Shown: one piece after another, positions 1 to 11,250 of the stretch
Numbering within the stretch: position 1 is the stretch's first letter
Layout of the letters: each line of letters begins with the position of its first letter
Assembly (NCBI RefSeq): GCF_036365525.1
Contig: NW_027140453.1
Location: forward strand, 558,001 to 622,000
Direction: 5' to 3'
DNA: 64,000 nt
From: Heterodontus francisci
Lineage: Eukaryota
Position numbers and translations under genes: made by a program
Notes under the pieces: generated by a model
Database searches by the model: none
What the model saw: the letters and a program-made list of their open reading frames with translations, nothing else
What the model was told of the DNA's origin: nothing

Positions 1-58
1 AAATCCCTTACTCCTCCCTCATTAACTGATTTACCCAGAATTTGTTCCTTTACATTAC

Positions 59-203
59 CTTTTAAATCTGTACCATCCTTGAGCAAGATTCTGATCACAC
101 TTCACCTGAACAGAGCACTCAGTCTCATTACAATCGATGCTCCTCCAGGGCTGGTCCAGGACTGAGTGATTTACACACGGGTCAGTGAGTGTGGAGTCTG
201 TGA
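59..203 (-). CDS. Uromodulin/GP2/OIT3-like gene, coding exon 2 (start of the D8C/D10C domain); the gene continues off the left edge
   Basis: Acceptor cactcag| at 204-206 and donor AG|gtaatg at 57-58. In phase 1 it translates to (I)TDSTLTDPCVNHSVLDQPWRSIDCNETECSVQVKCDQNLAQGWYRFK, matching the DPC..H..LD..WRS...CD..L.GWYRF signature of uromodulin/GP2 D8C domains. The phase matches the signal-peptide exon. Confidence 0.88.
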
Positions 204-596
204 CTGAGTGACAGAAAGATGTTTAATGTTAATATAAAGTACAGTTAATGTTACACAGCGCCTTGTACCCTCCCAAAATACCAATAATCTCAGTTTCACC
301 CTCCGCCCTGGTCAAAACCCCCCAGATTAAAGCTGGAAAATGTCCTCCTTCTCTAAACTGGGTTTCCATCTGTCTCCCAGCTCAGCCTCCCCCTCTAACT
401 CACTGCTCACAGACAGTCCTCCCTATTCTAGATTAACCACCAGCTCTCAGGGAACAGAAAGCAGTAAATATCTCAGCTTCACTTCATCCCAGTAGGAAAG
501 ATGTAAAGTGGAGGAGGAGCGAGAACTGCCAGGTGGAGCACAAGCGACCCAGTGTGACTGGTGGGTCCTGGAGAGGGAACGTGTAGTCTCAAAACC

Positions 597-1190
597 AACA
601 ACAACCTGCGTTTATGTCGAGCCTTTGATGTAATAAAATGTCCCAAAGCACTTCATCGGTGTGTTACCATCCCGAACTGACACCGATCCACAGAATCAGC
701 TGGTCGGGCAGGTGGCCAAATGCTCTGTCAAAGAGGTAGATTTTAAGGAGTGTCTGAAAGGATGAAAGAGAGGTGGAGAGACGGAGAAGTTGAGGGAGAG
801 AATTCCATAGCGTTAAGCCTCGGCAGGTGAAGGCACAGCTGCCAATGGTGGAAGGGATTCGAATCGGGAATATTCAGGAGGCCTGAATTAGAGGAGCGCA
901 GAGATCTCCGAGGGTTGTGGGGCTGGAGATGATTTCAGAGGTAGGGAACGGCGAGGTGATAGAAGGATCTGGAAACGATTGTGAGAATATTGAAATCCAG
1001 GCCTTGCTGAACCGGGAGCCAGTGCAGGTCAGTGAGCACGGAGATGAAAGGTGAACGGGACTTGGGCAGTATCATACTGGATGACCAAAATGTACGGAAG
1101 GTGGAATGTGAGAGATCAGCCAGGAGGTCTTTGGAATAGTCAAGTCTAGAGTTACCAAAGAACTGGTAAAGTGTTTGAGCAGCAGTGAAG
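597..1190 (-). mobile_element. L2-type LINE, 3' fragment
   Basis: Reverse complement of an L2-like 3' end (tail ...gttgttgtt at ~597) followed by degenerate ORF2 C-terminal sequence. Confidence 0.65.
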
Positions 1191-1204
1191 CTGCAAGAGC
1201 CAAG

Positions 1205-2085
1205 TCAGGAATACTGTTTCTGATCATCCTTCTCGAATTGTCGGCAGCCTTTGACACAATTCACCACACTATCCATCGCCAACACCTCTCCTTCCATCTC
1301 CAGTTGGGTGGAACTGCTCTGGCCTATTTCCACTCAACCCAGTCTAGTCTCAGCCAGAGAGTCTCCTGCAGTGTCTTCCCTACCCACTCCAGCACTGTTA
1401 CCTCTAGGGTACCCTGAGAATCTATCTTGTCCCTCTCCAATTTCTCATCAGCTTCCGACTGTGCCCAGCTTCTTTCCCTGTAGCCTCCTCATCACAAGGG
1501 CATCCAATTACAACCTCCGTAATATCCACCATCACTGATTTTGCCTCAGCCAATCCTCTACCAAAAACCCTCAACCTTCTAGACAATCAAATCTTCTAAT
1601 CCACTCCTGGCCAGCCTCCCAGCTTCCACTTTCCAGAAGTCAGGTCTCCTCCAACACACTGCTGTTGCATGTTATCTTGCAGAAAGTTTAAGTCACACAT
1701 CACCCCTGTGCTCACTGACACACATTGGTTCACAGCTGCAAACGCCTTTGATGTACAACTTCCATCTTCCTGTTCAAATTCTTTCATGACCTCTCCACCC
1801 TCTCCCACCTCATTTCTGTAATCTTCACCAAATCTCTGTTTCTCTGACCCAAGCCTCCTGTAGAACTTCCCTCCACTCCCTTTCCTCCAGCAGTGTCTGA
1901 TGTGGCTTCAAGATGTCTAGCCTCCTAAACCTTTCTGCCTCTCCACCTCCGTCTGCTCTTTTAAACTAACAGTTAGCCCTCCAATCATCTCCTTCCCTGC
2001 CCTGTCAGACATTTCTTCCATCAGATTTCTGTGCAACATCTTGGGAGATTATTCTATATAACGGTTTGAATAAACACAGCTTGTT
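1205..2085 (+). mobile_element. L2-type LINE fragment (RT to 3' end, degenerate)
   Basis: LIILLELSAAFDTIHH corresponds to the L2 RT motif LDLSAAFDTVDH; an L2-like 3' end lies near 2030-2085. Confidence 0.7.
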
Positions 2086-2131
2086 CCAGTTGTACTGGGG
2101 GTGAACTTTGTCGAGAATGAAAGTTACTCAC

Positions 2132-2165
2132 TCAGGTAACCCAGAATGATCAGCAGAGTCCACAT
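2132..2165 (-). CDS. Uromodulin/GP2-like gene, signal-peptide exon (MWTLLIILGYL + phase 1); the full exon is 2132-2180
   Basis: Acceptor ttccctttccag| at 2181, ATG at 2165 in AAGATGT context, hydrophobic leader, and donor A|gtgagt at 2131. It joins in frame to exon 59-203. Confidence 0.82.
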
Positions 2166-2629
2166 CTTACTGGTGAGATCCTGGAAAGGGAAACACAAGA
2201 CAAACATTTGAGAGAACTAAAGGAATCGTGCAATTGGAGGGAATATTAAATAAGGAGTTGAAGAGGAGTTTGTCAGTATATCTGTTCAGAGAGGTGAGCT
2301 CCATCTATCTCTCTCTCTCTCACTGTGGCTCCTACAGACAGAGGTGAGCTCAACTACATGTTCTTGATAAACATCAGTAACTTGACTCCAATCCTTCACC
2401 CTTTCCACTCTCCAAAACTTTTATGAACAAACCACATGTTTTCCTGACTCTCTCCTCCAGGTCTGTCTCCTGCATTCCTGTAATGAACCTCTTTGAATTT
2501 CTGACAAAGGTTATTCATGAAGATGGTGTTGTTTCAGGAGAAGCTGGACACACACCCCCTGGGTCAACACCTAGCAAGTGACAAACTCCTGTGCTTTTTC
2601 GAGCAGTCCTCCCATACCCGACTGCTTAC

Positions 2630-2760
2630 CAGAGTCTCCAAAGTAGATGTCGCTGGGTGGGAGATGTTGTCGGTTCAGTTCCAGCTGCTTGCTCCTCAGT
2701 CTCGGGTCCACTCTGCTGTGAACAGTGTCAGTCTCAGTGACAGCTCCAACTCCTATATAC
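2630..2760 (-). promoter_or_regulatory. Putative TATA box (TATATAG, 2753-2759) and non-coding first exon (~2630-2730) of the uromodulin/GP2-like gene
   Basis: A minus-strand TATATAG is followed ~130 nt later by donor G|gtaagc (2624-2629). The signal exon has an upstream acceptor and therefore needs a 5' exon. Confidence 0.55.
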
Positions 2761-3689
2761 ACCACGGCGGATTGACCAGTGACTGACCGCAGTGCTGGTT
2801 GGCTGAAATATTTACATTCAGTAATAATTAATAATATGACATAATCTATGCAAACGAAGGCCTTTCGGTGAAAGGAGCTGCCATAATAAAGCAAGTTAAT
2901 ATTTCTCCTGGGCCTTTGCTAACCAACTGGACTTTGCTGTTGTAACATAACTTGTCGTCACTTACCCAACAGGAAGGGTGTAGGGAGATTGGAGCCTGGG
3001 GCTGGGTCTCTGAAAATTATAGTCAGTATTGTGTCGGTATTTTCCAATTGGCTGTGTATATTTGATCTTTCATAGGGACTGAATGTTAGGGAGAGAATAT
3101 TCCCAGGAGACATGCCTCTCTTATCAGTCGTGGGTCAGTATTGGGGGTATGATGAGAGGGCCAGAGAAACAAGATGTTCCGGAGAGACAAATGATCAGAC
3201 ATCCATTTTCTTCCTTGAGGTCGTTCGGGTTAAAGTAAATGATTCTGTTTTTCAGAATATAGTCACAGAATGAGAACAATGAAATCCTCACATCAGCGAC
3301 AGAGATACCATCTCCGAAATAGCACAGATACAGCGTTAGTAACACATACAAACCAGAATGAGGAGGACATAAATTTCTCAGTGAGAGAGTGTTTGAGTAT
3401 TCAGGACATGGGATATTGTGAGGGGTCCCTGACCAGATGTTAATGTCTCAGTCACTGACTGCTCCTCACCTGCTAACATTGGGATAGCAGTGGGCTTTCG
3501 GTATAAACTTCAATACAAGAATCACCGAGAATATTGTTTTATGGAAGGAAAAGTGTTGCATGTAAACTTTATAGAGTTACTGGCAGACCATTGTCCATTA
3601 CTGACTGAATAATAATAAGCAGCTAATTTGTCCCAGATATGGGTGGGATTAGTCTTTGATATGTTTGATTTTGACTGAAAGAATGAGGA

Positions 3690-4360
3690 GAGATGAAACA
3701 ATACAATTTGTGAAGTGGTGCAAGAACAGAGAGACCTGGGGGTGCTTGTGCAGGAATATTTAAAGGCGGCAGGGTAGGTTGAGAAAGCGATCAATAAATC
3801 AGATTGGTGTCTGGGCTTTGTAAATAGAGACGTCGAGTACAAAACTCCGGGAGTCATGCCAAACCTGTATAAACCACCAGTTCGGCCCCTGTTGGAATAT
3901 TGTGCCCAGTTCAGGGCACCACACTTCAGGAAAGACCTATAGGCTTTGGAGAGGGTGCAGAAGAGATTTGCTCGGTTGGTTCAGTTGGTGAGGAATTTCA
4001 GTCAAGTAAAAAGACTGGGCTAGAAAGGGACGTTCTCCTTCGAGCAGAGAAGGTTCAGGGGAGATTCGATAGATCACCAGAGGGCACAGCTTTAATGTGA
4101 TGGGCAAAGGTAACAGAGGTGATATGAGGATAAATGTTTTTTAATATCATGAGTGGTTTGGATTTGGAGGGCAATGTCTGATAGGGTGGTGGAAATTCAA
4201 TGGTATTATTCAAAAAGGGAATTGGCTCAAAACTTGAAGGGAAATTAATTGAGGGAAATGGTGAAAGAGAGGGGAGTTGGATTAACTGGGTTGATTTTCG
4301 AAAGAGATGACAAACCCTCGATGGGCCGAATGGCCTCCCTCTGTTGTACTATTCTAGGAT
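3690..4360 (+). mobile_element. CR1 LINE 3' fragment (degenerate)
   Basis: Degenerate RPxLEYCxQF and LERVQKRF motifs, plus the CR1 3' UTR gatgggccgaatggcctcc. Confidence 0.75.
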
Positions 4361-5203
4361 TTGTTTCTGATGGGGTGGGATTCGTCGGTCCCCACATTTC
4401 TCTGTTAGATCTTTAGCACATTGGGCAGTGCAGTCAGTCCAGGGTTCTAGATAATATTCCTGTGACAGAATCACAATGTCACTGTCCCCTCAGTAATCAC
4501 AATCACCTTGCAGCACATTGTTATTCAATGTTACCTGTGCCTGTGAAAAGGGGCGTCTGAATGTGCATCTCAGTCCCAACCAGCCCATGTCCAACGCCTA
4601 GTCCTTGATAGTTTCCACAGTTTCCATTCTCACTGGATTGCTGATTCTGTCAGTGCCCCTGTGTCCATGCCAGGTTGTCAGATATTCATTCAGTCCCACA
4701 ATCGGCCCATTAACACTTCTGAGCCGGCTTTGATATTTGCATTCCCTGGGACAAACAGATTTGAATGTTGTGCCGTGTGTCAACTAGGAAAATGTCAACT
4801 TTTGCAAAGCAGGAAGCTGTTGTGTTTGTCAAGGACTGAGAACAATAGACTCTTCATATCAGAGGCACAGATACGATCAGCTGAAGGACAAAGATGCACA
4901 ACTAACAACATAGTCAAACAAACTGAGGAGAGAGAGGGGGTGGGAGAGAGAGAGAGTTGGGAGTGTGTGTGTGGTGTATGCGTGCATCCAGTCATGCATT
5001 ATGGAACGTGTGATTAATTACAAAGGGTTTGGAGGTAATGCCACAGTTGTAGGAGGCTCTGGTTAGACTACATTTGGAATATTGCACACAGTCTGGGCAC
5101 CTTCCTCAACAAGCAGCTGTTTGCCTGAGACCAGATACAGCTGAGATTCACCAGAATGATACTGGGGTTAACACTGAGTACACTCGATGAACAGTGACAA
5201 TTA

Positions 5204-5851
5204 TCCCTGTCTCTGTAACCTTCTCCAGCCCCTACAACCCTCCCTATCTCTGTAACCTCCTCCAGCTCCTCCAATCCTCCCTCTGTCTGTATCCTGCTTA
5301 AGGAACTGCAACCCTCCCTATCTCCGTAACCCCCTCCAGCCCCCTACAAGCTTCCCTATTTCTGTAACCTCCTCCTGACCCGACAACGCTCCCTATCGAT
5401 GTAACCTCCTCCAGCCCCCAACAAATTTCCTTATTTCTGTAACTTCGTCCAGCCCCGACAACCCTCCCTATCTCTGTTCCCTCCTCCAGCACCGACAATC
5501 TTCCCTATCTCTGTAACCTTCTCCAGCCCAACAACCCTCCCTGTCTCTGTAACCTCCTCCAGCCCCGACAATCCTCTCTATCTCTGAAACCTCCTCTAGC
5601 CCTACAACCCTCCCTATCTCTGTAACATCCTCCATCCCTACAACCCTCCCTACCTCTGTAACTTCCTCCAGCCCCTACAATACTCCCTATCTCTGTCACC
5701 TCCTCCAGCCCTACAACCCTCCCTATCGCTGTAACCTCCTCCAGACCTACAACCCTTCCTATCTCTGCAACTTCCTCCAGCCCCTACAATACTCCCTTTC
5801 ACTGTAACCTCCTCCAGCCCTACAACCCTCCCTATCTCTGTAACCTCCTCC
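5204..5851 (+). repeat. Minisatellite with ~36-37 bp unit (ccctatctctgtaacctcctccagccctacaaccct), ~17 copies
   Basis: Tandem units read directly; the unit matches the L2 segment at 911-946 (-). Confidence 0.9.
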
Positions 5852-6089
5852 GGGCAATACAACAAATACAACAAAAACCTCAGCACGAAAAGCATCAACA
5901 CATTCAACAACAGCCTCAGCGGGGGAAAACACCAACAAATTCAGAAGCAACGTTGGCAAACAAAAGCTCACCAACCAATGTCAGGAGGAGAAAAAAATAC
6001 CAACAGAATTCAAGAAGTGCGTCAGGAGGAGAAAAGCAACAAAGACAACTTCAGCAGGTGAAAAACAGCAGCAGATGCAACAACATGTT

Positions 6090-7206
6090 GAATCTGCACG
6101 GTCCTCCTTACCAACATTTCGGGCCTTGTGCCAAGGTTGGGAGAGCTGTCAAGCAACAACCTGACATAGTCATACTCAGGGAATCATGCCTTACAGACAA
6201 TGTCACAGAGCTCGCTATCGCCATCCCCGGGTACGTCCTGTTCCACCATCTCCAACTGCTTCATAAATGAAATTCCCTTCAATCATAAGGTCAGAGTGGG
6301 GATGTTCACTGATGATTTCACAATGTTCAGCATCATTCGCGACAGCTCAGATTCTGAAGCAGCCCGTGTTCAGATGTAGCAAGACCTGGACAACATCCAG
6401 GCTTGGGCTGATAAGTGGCAAGTAACATTCGCACCACACAAGTGCCACGCATTGACCATCTACAACAGGAGAGAATATAACCATCTCCCTTTGACATTCA
6501 ATGGCATTACCATCGCTGAATCCCCCACTATCAACATCCTGGGGATTGCCATTGAACAGAATCTGAACTGGAGTAGCCATATAAATACTGTGGCTACAAG
6601 AGCAGGTCAGAGGCTAGGAATCATGCGGCGAGTAACTCACCTCCTGCCTCCCCAAAGCCTGTCCACCATCCACAAGGCACAAGTCAGGAGTGTGATGGAA
6701 TACTGTCCATTTGCCTGGATGGGTGCAGCTCCAACAACACTCAAGAAGCTCAACACCATCCAGGGCAAAGCAGCCCGCTTGATTGGCACCCCATCTACAA
6801 ACATTCACTCCCTCAACCACTGATGCTCAGTGTCAGCAGTGTGTACCATCTACAAGATCGACTGCAGCAATGCACCAAGGCTCCCTCCGTCAACACCTTC
6901 CAAACCCGCAACCTCTACCACCTAGAAGGACAAGGGCAGCAGATGCATGGGAACACCACCACTTGCAGGTTCCCCTCCAAGTCACACACCATCCTGACTT
7001 GGAACTATATCGGCTGTTCCTTCACTAACTGTGGGTCAAAATCCTGAAACTCCCTTCCTAACAGCACTGTGGGTGTACCTACACTACATGGACTGCAGTG
7101 GTTCAAGAAGGCAGCTCACCACCACCTTCTGAAGGGGCAATTAGGGATGGACAATAAATGCTGACCTCAACCAGCATCGCCCAAAATCCCATGAATGAAT
7201 TAAAAA
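6090..7206 (+). mobile_element. Non-LTR retrotransposon (CR1/L2 superclade), internally deleted: endonuclease start joined to the RT C-terminus and 3' end
   Basis: PDIVILRESCL...IPGY is APE-like (~6160-6245). It is followed by a degenerate FADD region, then ILGIAIEQNLNWSSHI...VRSVMEY...IQGKAARLI, and the tail atgaatgaattaaaaaa. Confidence 0.75.
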
Positions 7207-7607
7207 AGAGAAAATAACCTCAGCAGGGAAAGAAAAACACCAAAAATACAACAACAACCTCAGCATGCAAAAACCGAATTGAACAACAATTTAAGCAGGG
7301 AAGAAAACAACAAGTACAACAAAAACTTCAGCAGGGAAAACACCAACCAACACAACAACTACCTCAGCAGGAGAACAAGGCCAACAAATTCAACAACAGA
7401 TCAGCAGGAGATTCAAACACCAACAAATTCAACAACCTCAGCCGGAGGAAAACACCAGCAAATACAACAACAACCTCAGCAGCAGAATGATACCAACATT
7501 TGCAACAGCAACTACTGGCAGCCAATGGTAGAGAGAGGGGCGTGGGTTCCCCATCAGGGAGGGAGGCGTTGTGCAAACCTAAATCACTTGCTTGAGTCGA
7601 CAAGTCA

Positions 7608-7872
7608 GTGCCGACCACCAACCACCCATTTATACTAATCCTACACTCATTCCATATTCCTACCACATCCCCACCTGTCCCTGTATTTCCCTCCCACCTA
7701 CCTATACCACGGGCAATTTATAATGGCATGTGGGAGGAAACCGGAGCACCCAGAGGAAAGTACGCAGACACAGGAAGAACTTGCAAACTCCACACAGGCA
7801 GTACCCAGAATTGAACCCGGGTCGCTGGAGCTATGAGGCTGCGGTGCTAACAACTGGGCCACTGTACCGCCC
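7608..7872 (-). mobile_element. V-SINE (HE1-like, tRNA-derived)
   Basis: The minus strand reads a tRNA-like head ggcggtacagtggcccagttgttagcac...gggttcaattc, then the V-domain gtgtggagtttgca...ggtgctccggtttcctcccaca. Confidence 0.85.
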
Positions 7873-7960
7873 TTTTCATTGGTGCTTTTATTTTTACTGT
7901 TGAAGTTATTGTTGAAATTGTTAGTGTTTTTTTCTGCTGCAGTTGTTTTTGTATTTTTGG

Positions 7961-8005
7961 GGTGTTTTCTCCTCCAGGGGGACAGCAGAGGGCGAGCTAG
8001 GACCA
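7961..8005 (+). promoter_or_regulatory. CTCF-like motif element (core cagcagagggcg, 7983-7994), homologous to the elements at 57.75 kb and 60.2 kb
   Basis: Matches the CTCF core CCASYAGRKGGC and shares flanks (gtgtt..tctcca.agg/tgacagcagaggg...ggacc) with two V-associated copies. Confidence 0.55.
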
Positions 8006-9357
8006 GGAAACACATCAGACTTCACCAATATTGATTATAAAAAACATCGTTTACATTGTTCTGTAAAATTGTTTCCTTTCTCTCTCTCTTCATGCCTGTT
8101 TCTCTGTCTCTGTTGCTCTTGTTATCTTTCCTCTCTCACACACACTCACTCTCATTCTCTTTCTTTATCCCTGTCTCTCTTTCCTTCTCTCATTTCCTCT
8201 CAGCTCTGTTGCTCTTTCTGTCTCTCACACACACACCCATTCTCATTCTCCCTCTTTATCTCACTCTCTTCTTTCCGTCCCCTCTCTTTCTCGCCTCTCA
8301 TTTCCTCGCTTTCTCTTGCTGTCTGTCTCTATTTCTCTCTCACACGCACTCAGTCTCATTCTGTCTCTCTGTCTCTAATTAATTCTGCCTATCTCCTCTC
8401 ATTTCCTGTCTCTGTGTTGCTCTGTCTCTGTCTCTCCCTGTCTGTCTCTGCACCTCCTATTGCCTCATTCTCTCTATCTGTCACTCGTTCTCTCAATCTC
8501 TCTCTCTCTCTCTTTCGAACTAATTTTCCCTGAATCATTCCATCTCTCAGTGGCTTTGTTAATCAGTCTGTCTCTCTCTCTCTGTCTTTGCCTCAGTCTA
8601 CCTCTCCCTTGCTCTCTCTCAGTTGTTCTCTCTCTCTCATTCTCTCTTTATTTCTCCCTATGTGGGGTTCCCCGGGATGGCCTCTGCCTGTCCGGCTCTG
8701 TTCCCCTCTAAGGTTTTGTTGGTATGATGTGGTCAGAGGGTGCTCTGCAAGGAATACAACGCCAGTGACACTGGTTATTTGACCTATCTGCAGTTTCCAC
8801 AGCAGCAGGGGCGGTTTGATCACACTGCTTATAACGAGCCTCCACCTCTGAAAAGAATCTCAAAGTAGTTTGAGATCTGCTTTCCATATTACTGCTTTCC
8901 AGCTTTAAGACAGGAAACACCACTATCCCCATTTGGTCCCATTGTTGATGAAATTAATGTTCGTAATAGTTACTTTTTGCATTGCTATACATAATCTCCT
9001 CGTCAACCAAATTGAAATAATTTACTGTTCCTTGATGTGAACAGCAGTTAGGATTATTCTGACAGAGTATCATCATTAAACATTACCAATTTTCATTTTT
9101 CTCAGATGCAGACTGAGCTGGTTTGTGTTCATCCTTCCGAGTTTGGTGCATTTATAGTTTTATCAATGCCATAAATCTGATTTATAATTGGGCTTAACCT
9201 GTGGAGCAAATATAAGTGTGAATGTAGCAGCGTGACTGGAGAAGAATAATTTGTCTCCTTCTTATTCCCTCTCTTCTGCTTTTGCCTCTGTCCCGCCCTG
9301 TAACCCGCGGTCGTTCTCTCCCCATTGATTTGGATCCTGTGTCAAGAATCTTGTTAG

Positions 9358-9640
9358 ATGGTTCTCCAGTCCCCGGTGGTCAAAAACCCTGGTTCCCGTG
9401 GAGGAAGCCACGTTCCACAGAAGCATTGGGCAGGGCAACATGACTGAGTGTTGCTTGGACTGGTACTTGCAGATTGGTGACTGCATGGAATGGATCAGGT
9501 AGAGTGTACTTTCTTCATTGAACGACAGGAAAAGGATTGAAACCCAGCACGAGACTCAGGCAAACATTTTCACTCTGTCATTGAAAAGCTCCCGGGTCCA
9601 AGCCAACAGCACTTACTACTGTGGGGCTCACAAGGATACA
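9358..9640 (+). pseudogene. Degenerate TCR V segment (Vdelta/TRDV2-like appearance)
   Basis: Reads VLQSP..[frameshift]..EATFHRSIGQGNMTECCLDWYLQ..MEWIR*...NIFTLSLKSSRVQANSTYYCGA. The first Cys is lost and there is a TAG at 9500-9502. A canonical 23-RSS follows. Confidence 0.8.
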
Positions 9641-9679
9641 CACAGTGTAACTAGAATGCAAGGAAACATGGCAAAAACT
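9641..9679 (+). other. 23-RSS
   Basis: CACAGTG + 23 nt (taactagaatgcaaggaaacatg) + GCAAAAACT. Confidence 0.9.
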
Positions 9680-9834
9680 TGGGAATTGTGTAATACACCT
9701 AACCCCAGTCTCTGGGAGTACGGTGGCACAGCTGTTATTTTACAGGGACTAGTAATCCAGAGGCCTCGACCAAATGATCCAGAGCACAGGAGTTCAAATC
9801 CCACCACAGCAGCTGGGGGAATCTAATTAAACAA

Positions 9835-10245
9835 ACACCACCTTAAATATTCACTCCCTCCGCCACCGACGCACAGTGGCAGCAGTTTGTACCAGCTACA
9901 AGATGTACTGCAGTAACGCACCAAGGTTCCTTTGACAGCACCGTCCAAACACATGAGCTCTACCAACTAGAAGGACAAGGGCAGCAGACGCATGGGAACA
10001 TCACCGTCTGCAAGTTCCCTTCCAAGTCACACACCATCCTGACTTGGAACTATATCACCGTTCCTTCACTTTCGTGGGTCAAAATCCTGGAACACCCTTT
10101 CAAACAGCACTGTGGGTGTACCTACCCCACATGGACCTAGTGGTTCAAGAAGGTAGCTCACCACCACCTTCTCAAGGGCGATTAAGGATAGCCGATAAAT
10201 GCTGGCCTCAACCAGCGTCGCCCAAAATCTCATGAATGAATTAAA
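9835..10245 (+). mobile_element. 3' fragment of the same LINE as 6790-7206 (part of a duplicated block)
   Basis: Near-colinear with 6790-7206, including the same tail and the same downstream flank. Confidence 0.8.
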
Positions 10246-10718
10246 AAAGAGAAAATAACCTCAGCAGGGGGCAAAAAAACCTCGAAATAATGCAACAACA
10301 AACTCAACATTAAAAAAATTCCAACAGCAACTTAAGCAGGGAAGAAAACAAAAAACACAACAAAAACCCCAGCAGGGAAAACACAACAACTACCTCAGCA
10401 GGCGAACAACGCCAACAAATTCAACAACAGATCAGCAGGAGATTCAAGCACCAACAAATTCAACAACCTCAGTCGGAGAAAAACACCAGCAAATACAACA
10501 ACAAATACAACAACAACTTTAGCAGCAGAGCGATACCAACAAATGCAACGACAACTACTGGCAGCCAATGGTAGAGAGAGGGGTGTGGGATCCCCATCAG
10601 GGAGGGAGGTGTTGGACAAACCTGAATCACTTGCTTGAGTCTTCATGTGGCTTCTCACAGGACTCAACTCTCTTCTTTCCACTGATTTCCCAATTGCAGG
10701 ATCAGCTTCCAGTGGAAG

Positions 10719-11211
10719 ATGTATCTGTTACTGAGTCTCATGGTCTTATTTCAAAGTAAGGGATCTTTCTCACCACCACCCCACACACCCATTGTTTGTG
10801 TTAACAGCTCTCTTTCTTATTTTCTTTCTCTGTATCTTTCTCTCCTTCCTTCATTCTTCACATCCCAGTTTGTCCCTGTTCACTGACCTTCTTCTCTCCC
10901 GGTCTCTTCCCGCAGGCGCGATCTCAGCGAGGGTCCACCAGACTCACACCGCCGTCTCCAGATTTCCTGGGGAGGGAGTGGGACTGGAGTGCCATGTGGA
11001 GGGTGAGAGTAGCGGTTACATGTTCTAGTACAGACAGGACCCGGGGAAGGAGCCGCGGCTGATGTTTTACTCTGCAGCTACACCAGGTGTGAACTCAGAG
11101 GGGATGGTGGAGGGTTTCAATGCCAAACGACCGACTGGTTCCCAGTTCAACCTGGAGTCCACCAGCCTGCGGGAGAATCACTCGGCCCTGTATTTCTGTG
11201 CCTGGAGTCTG
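10719..11211 (+). pseudogene. TRBV: TCR beta V segment, TRBV30-like family, nonsense pseudogene (leader 10719-10755, V exon 10916-11211)
   Basis: Leader MYLLLSLMVLFQ|gtaagg and acceptor cccgcag|. V reads SAISARVHQTHTAVSRFPGEGVGLECHVEGESSGYMF*YRQDPGKEPRLMFYS...RPTGSQFNLESTSLRENHSALYFCAWS; the conserved Trp codon has become TAG (11026-11028). Confidence 0.93.
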
Positions 11212-11250
11212 CACAGTGACTCAGAGAGACGCAGCAGTTCAACAAAAACA
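11212..11250 (+). other. 23-RSS
   Basis: CACAGTG + actcagagagacgcagcagttca (23 nt) + ACAAAAACA. Confidence 0.95.

Noticed and set aside
2571-2894. 107-aa minus-strand ORF upstream of the uromodulin-like leader
   Set aside because: No recognisable homology; overlaps the predicted TATA box and 5' UTR exon.
8710-8935. Possible very degenerate V exon after an acceptor-like site
   Set aside because: No WYxQ or YxC in a consistent frame and no RSS; cannot be supported.
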